Source: Octopus vulgaris (Eukaryota). From it: 64,000 bases of DNA. The stretch is taken from NCBI GenBank assembly GCA_951406725.2, contig OX597815.1, positions 7,006,001 to 7,070,000 of the forward strand, in the 5' to 3' direction. A program made the translations under genes and the position numbers. The notes below the pieces were generated by a model. That model was given only the letters and a program-made list of their open reading frames with translations, was not told where the DNA came from and made no database searches. Below, piece after piece: positions 53,653 through 64,000 of the stretch (the stretch's first letter is position 1; each line of letters opens with the position of its first letter).

Positions 53653-54240
53653 CAGTGGTTCTTAACCAAGGTCCATAGAAATTTTTTTTTTTGGGGGGGT
53701 CATACTGCAAAATAGGAACTTCAGGATCCACAATAGTATTTTAAGTACCCTTGAAAAAATTTTTTCCGTGCTGGTGGCACATTAAAAGCACCAACTGATC
53801 GTGGCCACTGCCAGACGCCCCTGGCATCTGTGCCGGTGGCATGTAAAAAGCACCCACTACACTCGCGGAGTGGTTGGATTTAGGAAGGGCATCCAGCTGT
53901 AGAAAAACTGCCAGATCAGATTGGAACCTGGTGCAGCCTCCTGGCTTCCCAGACCCCGGTCGAACCGTCCAACCCGTGCTAACGCGGAAAACGGACGTTA
54001 AACGATGATGATGTATGTATTAGTATGTATTTCAAGAAACAGCTGGGTTTCTTTCTCTAACATTTTACATAATTCAACCTGCACAAGTTAATGTGTGGGA
54101 AACAAAATAGGAATTTTGGAAGAAGTTTCTATAAAACTAGTTTTTAAACATCAAATGGCTAGGGGGGGGGGGGGGGGTCCACCAGAATAAAATAGCAAAC
54201 AAAGGGGTCCATAGATAAAAAAAATGGTTGAGAACCCCTG
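53653..54240. mobile_element. hAT (Charlie-like) MITE with a nested RTE tail (~53766-54012)
   Basis: TIRs cagtggttcttaacc / ggttgagaacccctg, with 8-bp TSD atctagac / gtctagac (nTCTAGAn). Confidence 0.88.
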
Positions 54241-54619
54241 GTCTAGACAAGCATATAAAAGCAACTCTGGCCTTTGCATTACTCTAGCTATGTCCATTTT
54301 GTTACAAGCTTTCAGGTCAGGTCTTCTCTACTAGCCTTGACTGGAGTGATGATTGCTATCTTTCCTACCCTGATTAAATAATAATGTAATTCATAAAAAA
54401 TATTCACACAAAAATAGCATTGCTTCATTATCAACATCATTAAACCCAAGTAAGATCTCCAAAAACGAGTGCAGAAGTTTGGCAATTATCCTACAGTTAT
54501 TGAATCCATCTTGTTCACTTCTGCTGAATCTATAAAGCACAGACCTGGGTTAAAGTAACCGAAATCTCCCTCTGACCACACTTTTCAGTCTTGTGTATTG
54601 TTCACAGACATACGTATCT

Positions 54620-55041
54620 TTTTATCTTTTATCTTTTACTTGTTTCAGTCATTTGACTGCGGCCATGCTGGAGCACCGCCTTTAGTCGAGCAAATCGACC
54701 CCGGGACTTGTTCTTTGTAAGCCCAGTACTTATTCTATCGGTCTCTTTTTGCCGAACCGCTAAGTGACGGGGACGTAAACACACCAGCATCGGTTGTCAA
54801 GCAATGCTAGGGGGACAAACACAGACACACAAACACGTACACACACATACACACATACATATATATATACATATATACGACAGGCTTCTTTCAGTTTCCG
54901 TCTACCAAATCCACTCACAAGGCATTGGTCAGCCCGGGGCTATAGCAGAAGACACTTGCCCAAGATGCCACGCAGTGGGACTGAACCCGGAACCATGTGG
55001 TTGGTTAGCAAGCTACTTACCACACAGCCACTCCTGCGCCT
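54620..55041 (-). mobile_element. SINE family B, full length
   Basis: Consensus match. Confidence 0.92.
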
Positions 55042-55169
55042 ATATATGTATGAGCCAACACAAAAGAGCTTTATATGGGGGCCAGCCCTGGTGGGAACAA
55101 TGAATGAATCTCTCTCCATTTATAAGCTACTGAAGGAGCGCATAAATGCATTGATGATAATATATACAT

Positions 55170-55580
55170 AGGCGCAGGAGTGGCTGTGGTAAGTAGCTTG
55201 CTAACCAACCACATGGTTCCGGGTTCAGTCCCACTGCGTGGCATCTTGGGCAAGTGTCTTCTGCTATAGCCCTGGGCCGACCAATGCCTTGTGAGTGGAT
55301 TTGGTAGACGGAAACTGAAAGAAGCCTGTCGTATATATGTATATATATATAAGTGTGTGTGTATGTGTATGTGTGTCTGTGTTTGTCCCCCTAGCATTGC
55401 TTGACAACCGATGGTGGTATGCTTACGTCCCCATCACTTAGCAGTTCGGCAAAAGAGACCGATAGAATAAGTACTGGGCTTACAAAAGAATAAGTCCCGG
55501 GGTCGAGTTGCTCGATTAAAGGTGGTGCTCCAGCATGGCTTCAGTCAAATGACTGAAACAAGTAAAAGAGAGAAAAGAGA
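55170..55580 (+). mobile_element. SINE family B, full length
   Basis: Consensus match. Confidence 0.92.
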
Positions 55581-56121
55581 GGTAGCCAGAACTGATAGAA
55601 ATAACTGCAAAATTCCCTTCCAATCACACCCCATTGTCTTATGTATATATGTGTGTATATGAACCAACAAGGGAGACTTCTGTATAATCTTTCTGGAGCT
55701 GCTGCCAGAGACAGAGAAAGTGAGAGATGCAAAAGTGTTGGAGAATGGCATAGTTAATGGTTATCTCTATTTCCTTAGAGATATTACTTATTTGGAGATA
55801 TTGAAAATAAGTGCAACAGGGTAACACTTGACAGGGTGAGACAGGTAATCCTTCTTGGAGATGGGTCACACCGTAGTGCGTTTTCAAAGATCAGGGTATA
55901 TTCCTTGTAGAAAGGTAGAGATAGAAGATTAAAGGGAGTAGGCTCTTAAGATACAATGTTTGAGTGCATGTGTATACACCCCTACTCCCAAACTGTGACT
56001 GGACCTTTTGATCCTTTGCCAAAAGAATATCCGACATCTATATACATCATCATCATCGTCGTCGTCATCGTCATTTAACATCTACTTTCCATGCCGGCAT
56101 GGGTTGGATGGTTTGACATCC

Positions 56122-56359
56122 AAGGCGAGCTGGTGAGCTGGCAGAATTGTTTGCACGCCTGACGAAATGCTTAGCGGTATTTCGTCTGCCGCTACGTTCT
56201 GAGTTCAAATTCTGCCGAGGTCAACTTTGCCTTTCATCCTTTCGGAGTCGATAAATTAAGTACCAGTTACGCACTGGGGTCGATCTAATCGACTTAATCC
56301 GTCTGTCTGTCCTTGTTTGTCTCCTCTGTGTTTAGCCCCTTGTGGGTAGTAAAGAAATA
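56122..56359 (+). mobile_element. SINE family C inserted in a minus-strand RTE tail
   Basis: ggtttgac is repeated on both sides, and the host tail continues at 56360-56470. Confidence 0.85.
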
Positions 56360-56635
56360 GGTTTGACTGGGGACTGGCGAGCCAGGAGGCTGTACCAGGC
56401 CCCGATCTGATCTGGCAAGGTTTCTACAGCTGGATGCCCTTCCTAGCGCTAACCACTCCGAGTGTATAGTACGCATTAAAATATATGTGTGTGTGAGAGG
56501 GTGGGGTAACTTATAGAAAAGGGACATCCAAGAAGACATAGGGAAAGATGACAGTGGGTTGCAATGATTGGTGACAGACAGTACTGAAGAAAACGCCCTC
56601 ACCTCTACAGGCAAAGCAAATTGAATATTACAGTT

Positions 56636-56806
56636 TGTGCAGGAGTGGCTGTGTGGTAAGTAGCTTGCTAACCAACCACATGGTTCCGGGTTCAGTCCCA
56701 CTGCGTGGCACCTTGGGCAAGTGTCTTCTGCTATAGCCCCGGGCCGACCAATGCCTTGTGAGTGGATTTGGTAGACGGAAACTGAAAGAAGCCTGTCGTA
56801 TATATG

Positions 56807-56837
<31 letters not shown>

Positions 56838-57452
56838 TTGTTTGTGTGTCTGTGTTTGTCCCCCTAGCATTGCTTGACAACCGATGCTGGTGTGTTTACG
56901 TCCCCGTTACTTAGCGGTTTGGCAAAAGAGATCGATAGAATAAGTGCTGGGCTTATAAAAAAAAAAGAATAAGTCCCGGGTCGAGTTGCTCGACTAAAGG
57001 CGGTGCTCCAGCATGGCCGCAGTCAAATGACTGAAACAAGTAAAAGAGTAAAGAGTTGTGATGGAGTCTGAGTAGATTTGCATTTGGGTCTCTTGTTCAG
57101 CGTATCCTTGTTGAGTCTACACCTGCTGTCTGACCCAGTTCTTAATACCATCTCACCTCTCTGTTCATTCATCTCTATAACCCACCTTCTGTTCATTTAT
57201 CCTCTCGTCTATTCTCTGTTCTAATCTGCTTATGCTGAGTATATACAAGGATGGCAATTGAGAAAAATACCGAATGAAACAAACAAAAATATATATTGGA
57301 GTGGCTGTGTGGTAAGTAGCTTGCTAACCAACCACATGGTTGCGGGTTCAGTCCCACTGCATGGCATCTTGGGCAAGTGTCTTCTGCTATAGCCCCGGGC
57401 CGACCAATGTCTTGTGAGTGGATTTGGTAGACAGAAACTGAAAGAAGCCTGT

Positions 57453-57545
<93 letters not shown>

Positions 57546-57745
57546 CTGTGTTTGTCCCCCCAACATCGCTTGACAACCGATGCTGGTGTGTTTACGTCCG
57601 CATCACTTAGCGGTTCGGCAAAAGAGACCAATAGAATAAGTACTAGGCTTACAAAGAATAAGTCCCGGGGTCAATTTGATCGACTAAAGGCGGTGCTCCA
57701 GCATGGCCGCAGTCAAATGACTGAAACAAGTAAAAGAGTAAAAAA
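56636..57745 (+). mobile_element. Two SINE B copies (56636-57055, 57297-57745)
   Basis: Consensus matches. Confidence 0.9.
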
Positions 57746-57920
57746 GTATACATTTGTGTGTGTGTGTGTGTGTATCATCATCCTTATCATTTAGCATCCG
57801 CTTTCCATGCTGGCATGGATTGGATGGTTTTATTGGAACTGGTAAGCTGGAGAGCTGCACCAGGCTCCAGCTTGATTTTGCACGGTTTCTATGGAAGATA
57901 TTTGTAGACTAGAGATTTAA

Positions 57921-58392
57921 CCCTTTCATTACTGTATTTATTTTGAGATGCTTTGTGTTTCTTTCAATTACTTTAAATATAACAAAGAATTTAGTAAAAT
58001 AACTTAGTTATCATTCAGCTAGTGTTAGGAACATAAATTGTGACTAAGGTTTGGTGGAAGATTTTAATTCAAAACTTACGAAAACAAGACATTTGTATTA
58101 CAGAGCCAAAGGCGGTTTCAGCCGGGTTGGTATCGAAAGGGTTAAGAATTGTTTCTCTATTATATATTTTAACCTTTTCGTTACCATATTTCGGTTGAGA
58201 TGATCTGTGTTTCTTTCAATTATTTTAAATATAACAAAGAATTTAGTAAAATAACTTAGTTATCATTCAGCTAGTGTTAGGAACATAAATTGTGACTAAG
58301 GTTTGGTGGAAGATTTTAATTCAAAACTTATGAAAACAAGACATTTGTACTCAGAGCCAGGACTGGTTTCAGCCGGGTTGGTAATGAAAGGG
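57921..58392. mobile_element. piggyBac-like MITE dimer
   Basis: TTAA|ccct...aggg|TTAA. Two ~220-bp units joined by ttaagaattgtttctctattatatattttaa. Confidence 0.85.
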
Positions 58393-58707
58393 TTAATCTT
58401 AGAACTGGAAAGAGTTCAATACTTGCCAGTGGTCTGTGTTGTCATGCTGGACTCTGGGAACCTCAGACTATTCTTTTGCTGGATTCAGTAATTGGATTGC
58501 AACAGTACTAAAGCACAGTCTTCAACAGTCAAGTCACTTATATCAACACTAATATCTACCTACTTAGTTTGGCGTCAATTTTATTGATCTATTTGTTGAA
58601 CTGCTAAAATTACAGACCACAAGGAAGGACATGCCATAATGACACAACAATGATGCACAGATGTACCCCACCCCACAGACACTCACACACCTCATTTCCC
58701 CTTCCTC

Positions 58708-58793
<86 letters not shown>

Positions 58794-58865
58794 GTATTAT
58801 GTATAGGTACATGCAATTAGGATATAGTCATAGAATAATTTTTTTGCGATGTCTGCTCCTATTGT

Positions 58866-58879
58866 GTTGCTATGGATAC
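58866..58879. promoter_or_regulatory. RFX X-box-like motif GTTGCTATGGATAC
   Basis: Close to the RFX palindromic consensus. It lies in non-repeat sequence 3.3 kb upstream of the C7orf57-like exon. Confidence 0.35.
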
Positions 58880-59153
58880 TACAACAACTTCTCTCATTGT
58901 TATTTTTTTTTTGTTTTGACATCTTTTCCTTAGTCATATTTGTCTTACACAAGGGACACTAATCAATATTATTGTTAGAAATCAATACATATTATAATAT
59001 ACCAATCTTACTTTGGTAATGTTGGTGATGGAAGGTGAGATTCTATAACATTCTGTCCGTACACTTATAGACTGCTCCCTAGAGCGGTTTATTCAACTAT
59101 ACTTAAACAGGTTAAGTGACTGCTTCAAAACTTCCTTGGTGGCTCTTCCCCCC

Positions 59154-59200
<47 letters not shown>

Positions 59201-59400
59201 CCTCATTAGCAATAACACATTAACAAGCTGTTTTACTGCTTTCTTCCCTCTTTTATCACCTGCTGCTGCTGCAGTGTCTTTCTGAAACTTATCCAAGTTT
59301 TCTGAACATTAAATGGTTGAGAGAACTCTGCCGCTGCTATAGAATTTCAATCAATCGTACGATGTCTCCTGCTGTAATTTGAACTCGGTACTTCATGGCC

Positions 59401-60135
59401 GTATTTCGTCTGCCGTTACGTTCTGAGTTCAAATTCCGCCGAGGTCGACTTTGCCTTTCATCCTTTCGGGGTCGATAAATTAAGTACCAGTTGCGCACTG
59501 GGGGTTGATGTAATCGACTTAATCCCTTTGTCTGTCCTTGTTTGTCCTCTCTGTGTTTAACCCCTTGTGGGTAGTAAAGAAATAGGTATTTCGTCTGCCA
59601 CTACGTTCTGAGTTCAAATTCCGCCGAGGTCGACTTTGCCTTTCATCCTTTGGGGTCGATAAATTAAGTACCAGTTATGCACTGGGGTCGATGTAATCGA
59701 CTTAATCCGTTTGTCTGTCCTTGTTTGTCTCTTCTGTGTTTGGCCCCTTGTGGGTAGTAAAGAAATAGGTATTTCGTCTGCCGCTACGTTCTGAGTTCAA
59801 ATTCCGCCGAGGTCGACTTTGCCTTTCATCCTTTCGGGGTCGATAAATTAAGTACCAGTTGCACACTGGGGTCGATGTAATCGACTTAATCCGTTTGTCT
59901 GTCCTTGTTTGTCTCTTCTGTGTTTGGTCCCTTGTGGGTAGTAAAGAAATAGGTATTTCGTCTGCCACTACGTTCTGAGTTCAAATTCCGCCGAGGTCAA
60001 CTTTGCCTTTCATCCTTTAGGGGTCGATAAATTAAGTACCAGTTGCGCACTGGGGTCGATGTAATCGACTTAATCCCTTTGTCTGTCCTTGTTTGTCCTC
60101 TCTGTGTTTAGCCCCTTGTGGGTAGTAAAGAAATA
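59401..60135 (+). repeat. Four tandem ~184-bp SINE C units
   Basis: Same unit and junction as 2140-2697 and 13644-14032. Confidence 0.95.
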
Positions 60136-60489
60136 TATATACCGGATTACTTCACAATCTTTTATTAATTCAACGTCTCACAATGTCTCTCTCTACTGCA
60201 AGCGTTTTAGACACACCTTAATTAAAAAGAGCAGAATGAGTCATTAATACTTTAGATGAAGTCAGAGTTTCTTTGAGAAAGTTTGTTGCCGAAAACATTA
60301 GTTGTTTTAATTCCCCACATGTCAACATGTTGCCAACATGTTGCCAACATGGACCGCCATCCCATTCATACCCATACCCACTTCACTAACTTCACCATGA
60401 CCCTTGGCTATGGATGTGTATGTTGTTTTCATTCAGTGGGGATAAATTTGTTACTGAGAAGGACAACTAACCTTATAATGAATCATTTG

Positions 60490-62046
60490 AAATAATAATG
60501 AAATTATTGTATACAGTGCTCAGGTGCACCACAACTTGTCAAAAGTGCATATAAAGTACATGCAGTAATGTACAAATGTCTGGAAAGCGAACAATGCATG
60601 AGTCAGATACATGCTTGCGTGTGTATGGAGGGGAGAAAGATCAAGTGTAGTGTTGGCGAACCTCAGAAAGCATGGAAATTTTGAAGGATGCAGTGCTCCG
60701 ACAACTAACAACTGATGCCGGCAGTTTGTTCCATGCTTCAGCAACTCTCAGCGTGAAAAAAATGTTTCTGAAAGTCATGGGAGCTGTGCTGTTTTCTGAC
60801 TTTGTAAACATGTCCATGGGTGTTTGTCCCAAGTCAGCTCTGATCAAAATGAGTCAGATACATGCTTGCATGTGTATGGAGGGAGAAAATCAGGTGTAGT
60901 GTTGGCGAATCTTAGGAAGCATGGAAGTTTTGAAGGATGCAGTGCTCCGACAACTAACAACTGATGCCGGCAGTTGTTCCATGCTTCAGCAACTCTCAGC
61001 GTGAAAAAAATGTTTCTGAAAGTCATGGGAGCTGTGCTGTTTTCTGACTTTGTAAACATGTCCATGGGTGTTTGTCCCAAGTCAGCTCTGATCAAAATGA
61101 GTCAGATACATGCTTGCATGTGTATGGAGGGAGAAAATCAGGTGTAGTGTTGGTGAATCTTTGGAAGCATGGAAGTTTTGAAGGATGCAGTGCTCCGACA
61201 ACTAACAACTGATGGCAGCAGTTTGTTCCATGCTTCAGCAACTCTCAGCGTGAAAAAAATGTTTCTGAAAGTCATGGGAGCTGTGCTGTTTTCTGACTTT
61301 GTAAACATGTCCATGGGTGTTTGTCCCAAGTCAGCTCTGATCAAAATGAGTCAGATACATGCTTGCATGTGTATGGAGGGGAGAAAATCAGGTGTAGTGT
61401 TGGCGAATCTTAGGAAGCATGGAAGTTTTGAAGGATGCAGTGCTCCGACAACTAACAACTGATGCCGGCAGTTTGTTCCATGCTTCAGCAACTCTCAGCA
61501 TGAAAAAATGTTTCCTGAAGTCATGGAAGGAGCTGTGCTGTTTTCTGACTTTGTAAACATGTCCATGGGTGTTTGTCCCAAGTTAGCTCTGATCAAAATG
61601 AGTCAGATACATGCTTGCATGTGTATGGAGGGGAGAAAATCAGGTGTAGTGTTGGTGAATCTTAGGAAGCATGGAAGTTTTGAAGGATGCAGTGCTCCGA
61701 CAACTAACAACTGATGGCAGCAGTTTGTTCCATGCTTCAGCAACTCTTAGAGTGAAAAAATGTTTCTGAAAGTCATGGAAGGAGCTGTGCTGTTTTCTGA
61801 CTTTGTAAACATGTCCATGGGTGTTTGTCCCAAGTCAGCTCTGATCAAAATGAGTCAGATACATGCTTGTGTGTGTATGAAGGGAAGAAAATCAGGTGTA
61901 GTGTTGGCGAATCTCAGGAAGCATGGAAGTTTTGAAGGATGCAGTGCTCCGACAACTAACAACTGATGCCAGCAGTTTGTTCCATGCTTCAGCAACTCTC
62001 AGCGTGAAAAAAATGTTTCTGAAAGTTATGGGAGCTGTGCTGTTTT
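60490..62046 (-). repeat. Six-unit ~250-bp tandem array derived from a CR1-clade LINE 3' end
   Basis: Units start at 60598, 60849, 61097, 61346, 61598 and 61850. The minus strand encodes variants of FFTLRVAEAWNKLPASVVSCRSTASFK (CR1 ORF2 C-terminus), and a single tail lies at 60490-60597. Confidence 0.92.
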
Positions 62047-62183
62047 TATTTAATAACATGTATAAATTAAGTTATTTTCAATAATTAAAAAAACTCTATT
62101 ATTTTTCTTTTCAGTTGCAGTCTGATTTTATCATTCACCATTCCAAAAATCTAATCTAGAAAAACTACCTGTAAATTTACCAA

Positions 62184-62292
62184 ATGTCTCAAGTACCTGG
62201 ATTGCAAGTGTATGACGGAAAACCATCAAGGCCATATTTTAAAGACTCAGATTCAAAATATGTTCGGCTTGCTAAGGAACGTGGAGTGAAAG
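62184..62292 (+). CDS. First coding exon of a C7orf57/DUF5524-like protein (partial gene; later exons not found in the window)
   Basis: Acceptor tttttcttttcag ends at 62114. ATG at 62184 gives MSQVPGLQVYDGKPSRPYFKDSDSKYVRLAKERGVK, resembling SQIPGL...KETDSxYVKLAKQGG. A phase-1 donor AAAG|gt is at 62293. Confidence 0.7.
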
Positions 62293-62510
62293 GTTACAAG
62301 TTCAATCAATTTTTCAACTACCGATTCTAATATTCCATGCTGTTTTTCTTTTGATTTTTCTCATTCTGTTATTGTCACACATTGTCTTCACCTTTGTTCT
62401 CTAATTCTGATATTGCCATGCACTACCTTCACTTTGGTTCCTTCGTTTTGATATTATACACTGCTTCCTCCATGGTCCCCTGGTTTTGATAGTATTATGG
62501 ATTGTCTTAA

Positions 62511-62986
62511 CCCTTTCATTACTGTATTTATTTTGAGATGCTCTGTGTTTCTTTCAATTAATTTGAAATATAACAAAGAATTTAGTAAAATAACTTAGTT
62601 ATCTTTAAGCTAGTGTTAGGAACATAAATTGTGACTAAAGTTTGGTGGAAGATTTTGATTCAAAACTTATGAAAACAAAACATTTGTACTACAGAGCCAA
62701 AGCGGGTTTCAGCCAGGTTGGTAACAAAAGAGTTAAGAATTGTTTCTCTATTATATATTTTAACCCTTTTGTTACCATATTTCTGTTGAGATGCTCTGTG
62801 TTTCTTTCAATTAATTTTAAATATAACAAAGAATTTAGTAAAATAACTTGGTTATCATTAAAGCTAGCATTAGGAACATAAATTGTGACAAAGGTTTGAT
62901 GGAAGTTTTTAATTTTAAACCTACGAAAACAAGACATTTGTACTACCGAGCCAGAGCTGGTTTCAGCCGGGTTGGTATCGAAAGGG
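62511..62986. mobile_element. piggyBac-like MITE dimer, second copy
   Basis: TTAA flanks, with the same two-unit structure and spacer as 57921-58392. Confidence 0.85.
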
Positions 62987-63187
62987 TTAAGGCGAGCGAG
63001 CTGGCAGAACAGTTAGCATGCTGGACAAAATGCCAGCATTTCGTCTGTCTTTACATTCTGTGTTCAAATTCTGCCAACCCTATGGGGTTGTTAAAACAAG
63101 TACCAGTTCCTCACTGGGGTTGATGTAATCAACTTACTCACTCCTATGAAATTGCTGGCCTTGTGCCAAAATTTGAAACGTATAACA

Positions 63188-63450
63188 TCCGTGTCGGTGG
63201 CACGTAAAAAGCACCATCCGAATCGTGGCTGAAGCCAGTGCCGCCTCGACTGACACCTGTGTCGGTGGCACGTAAAAAGCACCCACTACACTCACGGAGT
63301 GGTTGGCGTTTGGAAGGGCATCCAGCTGTAGAAACATTGCCAGATAAGACTGGAGCCTGGTGCAGCCTTCTGGCTTCCCAGATCCCCGGTCGAACCGTCC
63401 AACCCATGCTAGCATGGAGAACGGACGTTAAACGATGATGATGGTGATGA
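63188..63450 (+). mobile_element. RTE-type 3' tail insertion
   Basis: Conserved block plus (GAT)n. Confidence 0.85.
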
Positions 63451-63825
63451 TATCACAAACTGTCTTCACCTTTGTTCCCTGATTCTGATAATGTCTTCTC
63501 CTTGGTTCTCTATTTCTGATAATGTCACAGAGAGTCCCCACCTTGATTCTCTGATTTTGATCAAGGTTTTGAAGTCTACACTAGAACAGTGTATTTATGT
63601 TGTGTTTTAGGTTGGAGTTTATCATAATTTCATATCTGGTTCCCTAGCTGGCAGGGGTTAGACCTGGGTTCTATTATTTTATTTATTGACCCTGTTAGAA
63701 GCCTTTATTACTTTTCTTTTAATAAATTGAAACTGTATTATAAGATCCCTTGGGTTGTAGACTTAATTTATTACCAAATTTGAAACTGCCACCTGGTCTT
63801 TGGATGCTTTTAGCAGAGTCTGCAT

Positions 63826-64000
63826 CAGTGGTCCTCAACTGGGGTCCATATGAGATTTTGTTGATAAAATTATCTGCAACAATTTGGTTATGCCTCTACA
63901 ATACACAAAATATTTCAATAATTTCTTTTATATATATAATTTCTAAAAATATGTAATTATAAAAATATAATAGGAAGTTTTAAACATTGATTGGATAGGC
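63826..64000. mobile_element. Left part of a hAT-like MITE (related to 53312-53645)
   Basis: Starts cagtggtcctcaactggggtccatatgagattttgttg and aligns with 53312-53445. Confidence 0.65.

Overview
This is a repeat-dense eukaryotic (animal) window. The SINE and LINE families and the microsatellite style suggest a coleoid cephalopod such as Octopus, which is an inference from pattern recognition only. Almost all listed ORFs are artefacts of microsatellites or SINEs. The window holds many tRNA-derived SINEs (at least 4 families) and fragments of RTE, CR1, HERO-like and L1/Tx1-like LINEs. It also holds a DD37D mariner remnant, a Merlin/IS1595-type transposase remnant with a MITE series carrying 8-bp TSDs, hAT, piggyBac and Tc1 MITEs, Helitron-like elements, a solo LTR, a 2.1-kb inverted repeat pair and several tandem arrays. 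Host-gene signals are one coding exon of a C7orf57/DUF5524-like gene (62184-62292) and a heavily decayed cellular RNA-dependent RNA polymerase (RdRP) pseudogene on the minus strand (~30.1-32.6 kb). The most striking observation is two sequence-unrelated RNA motifs (9317-9457 and 34533-34644), plus decayed relatives. Each contains the hammerhead core motifs (CUGANGA, GAAA, NUH) in a non-circularly permuted, pseudoknotted order, with the same set of compensating helices. One lies in the 3' UTR of a HERO-like retrotransposon. All alignments and folds were done by eye, so boundaries are approximate unless a TSD is quoted.
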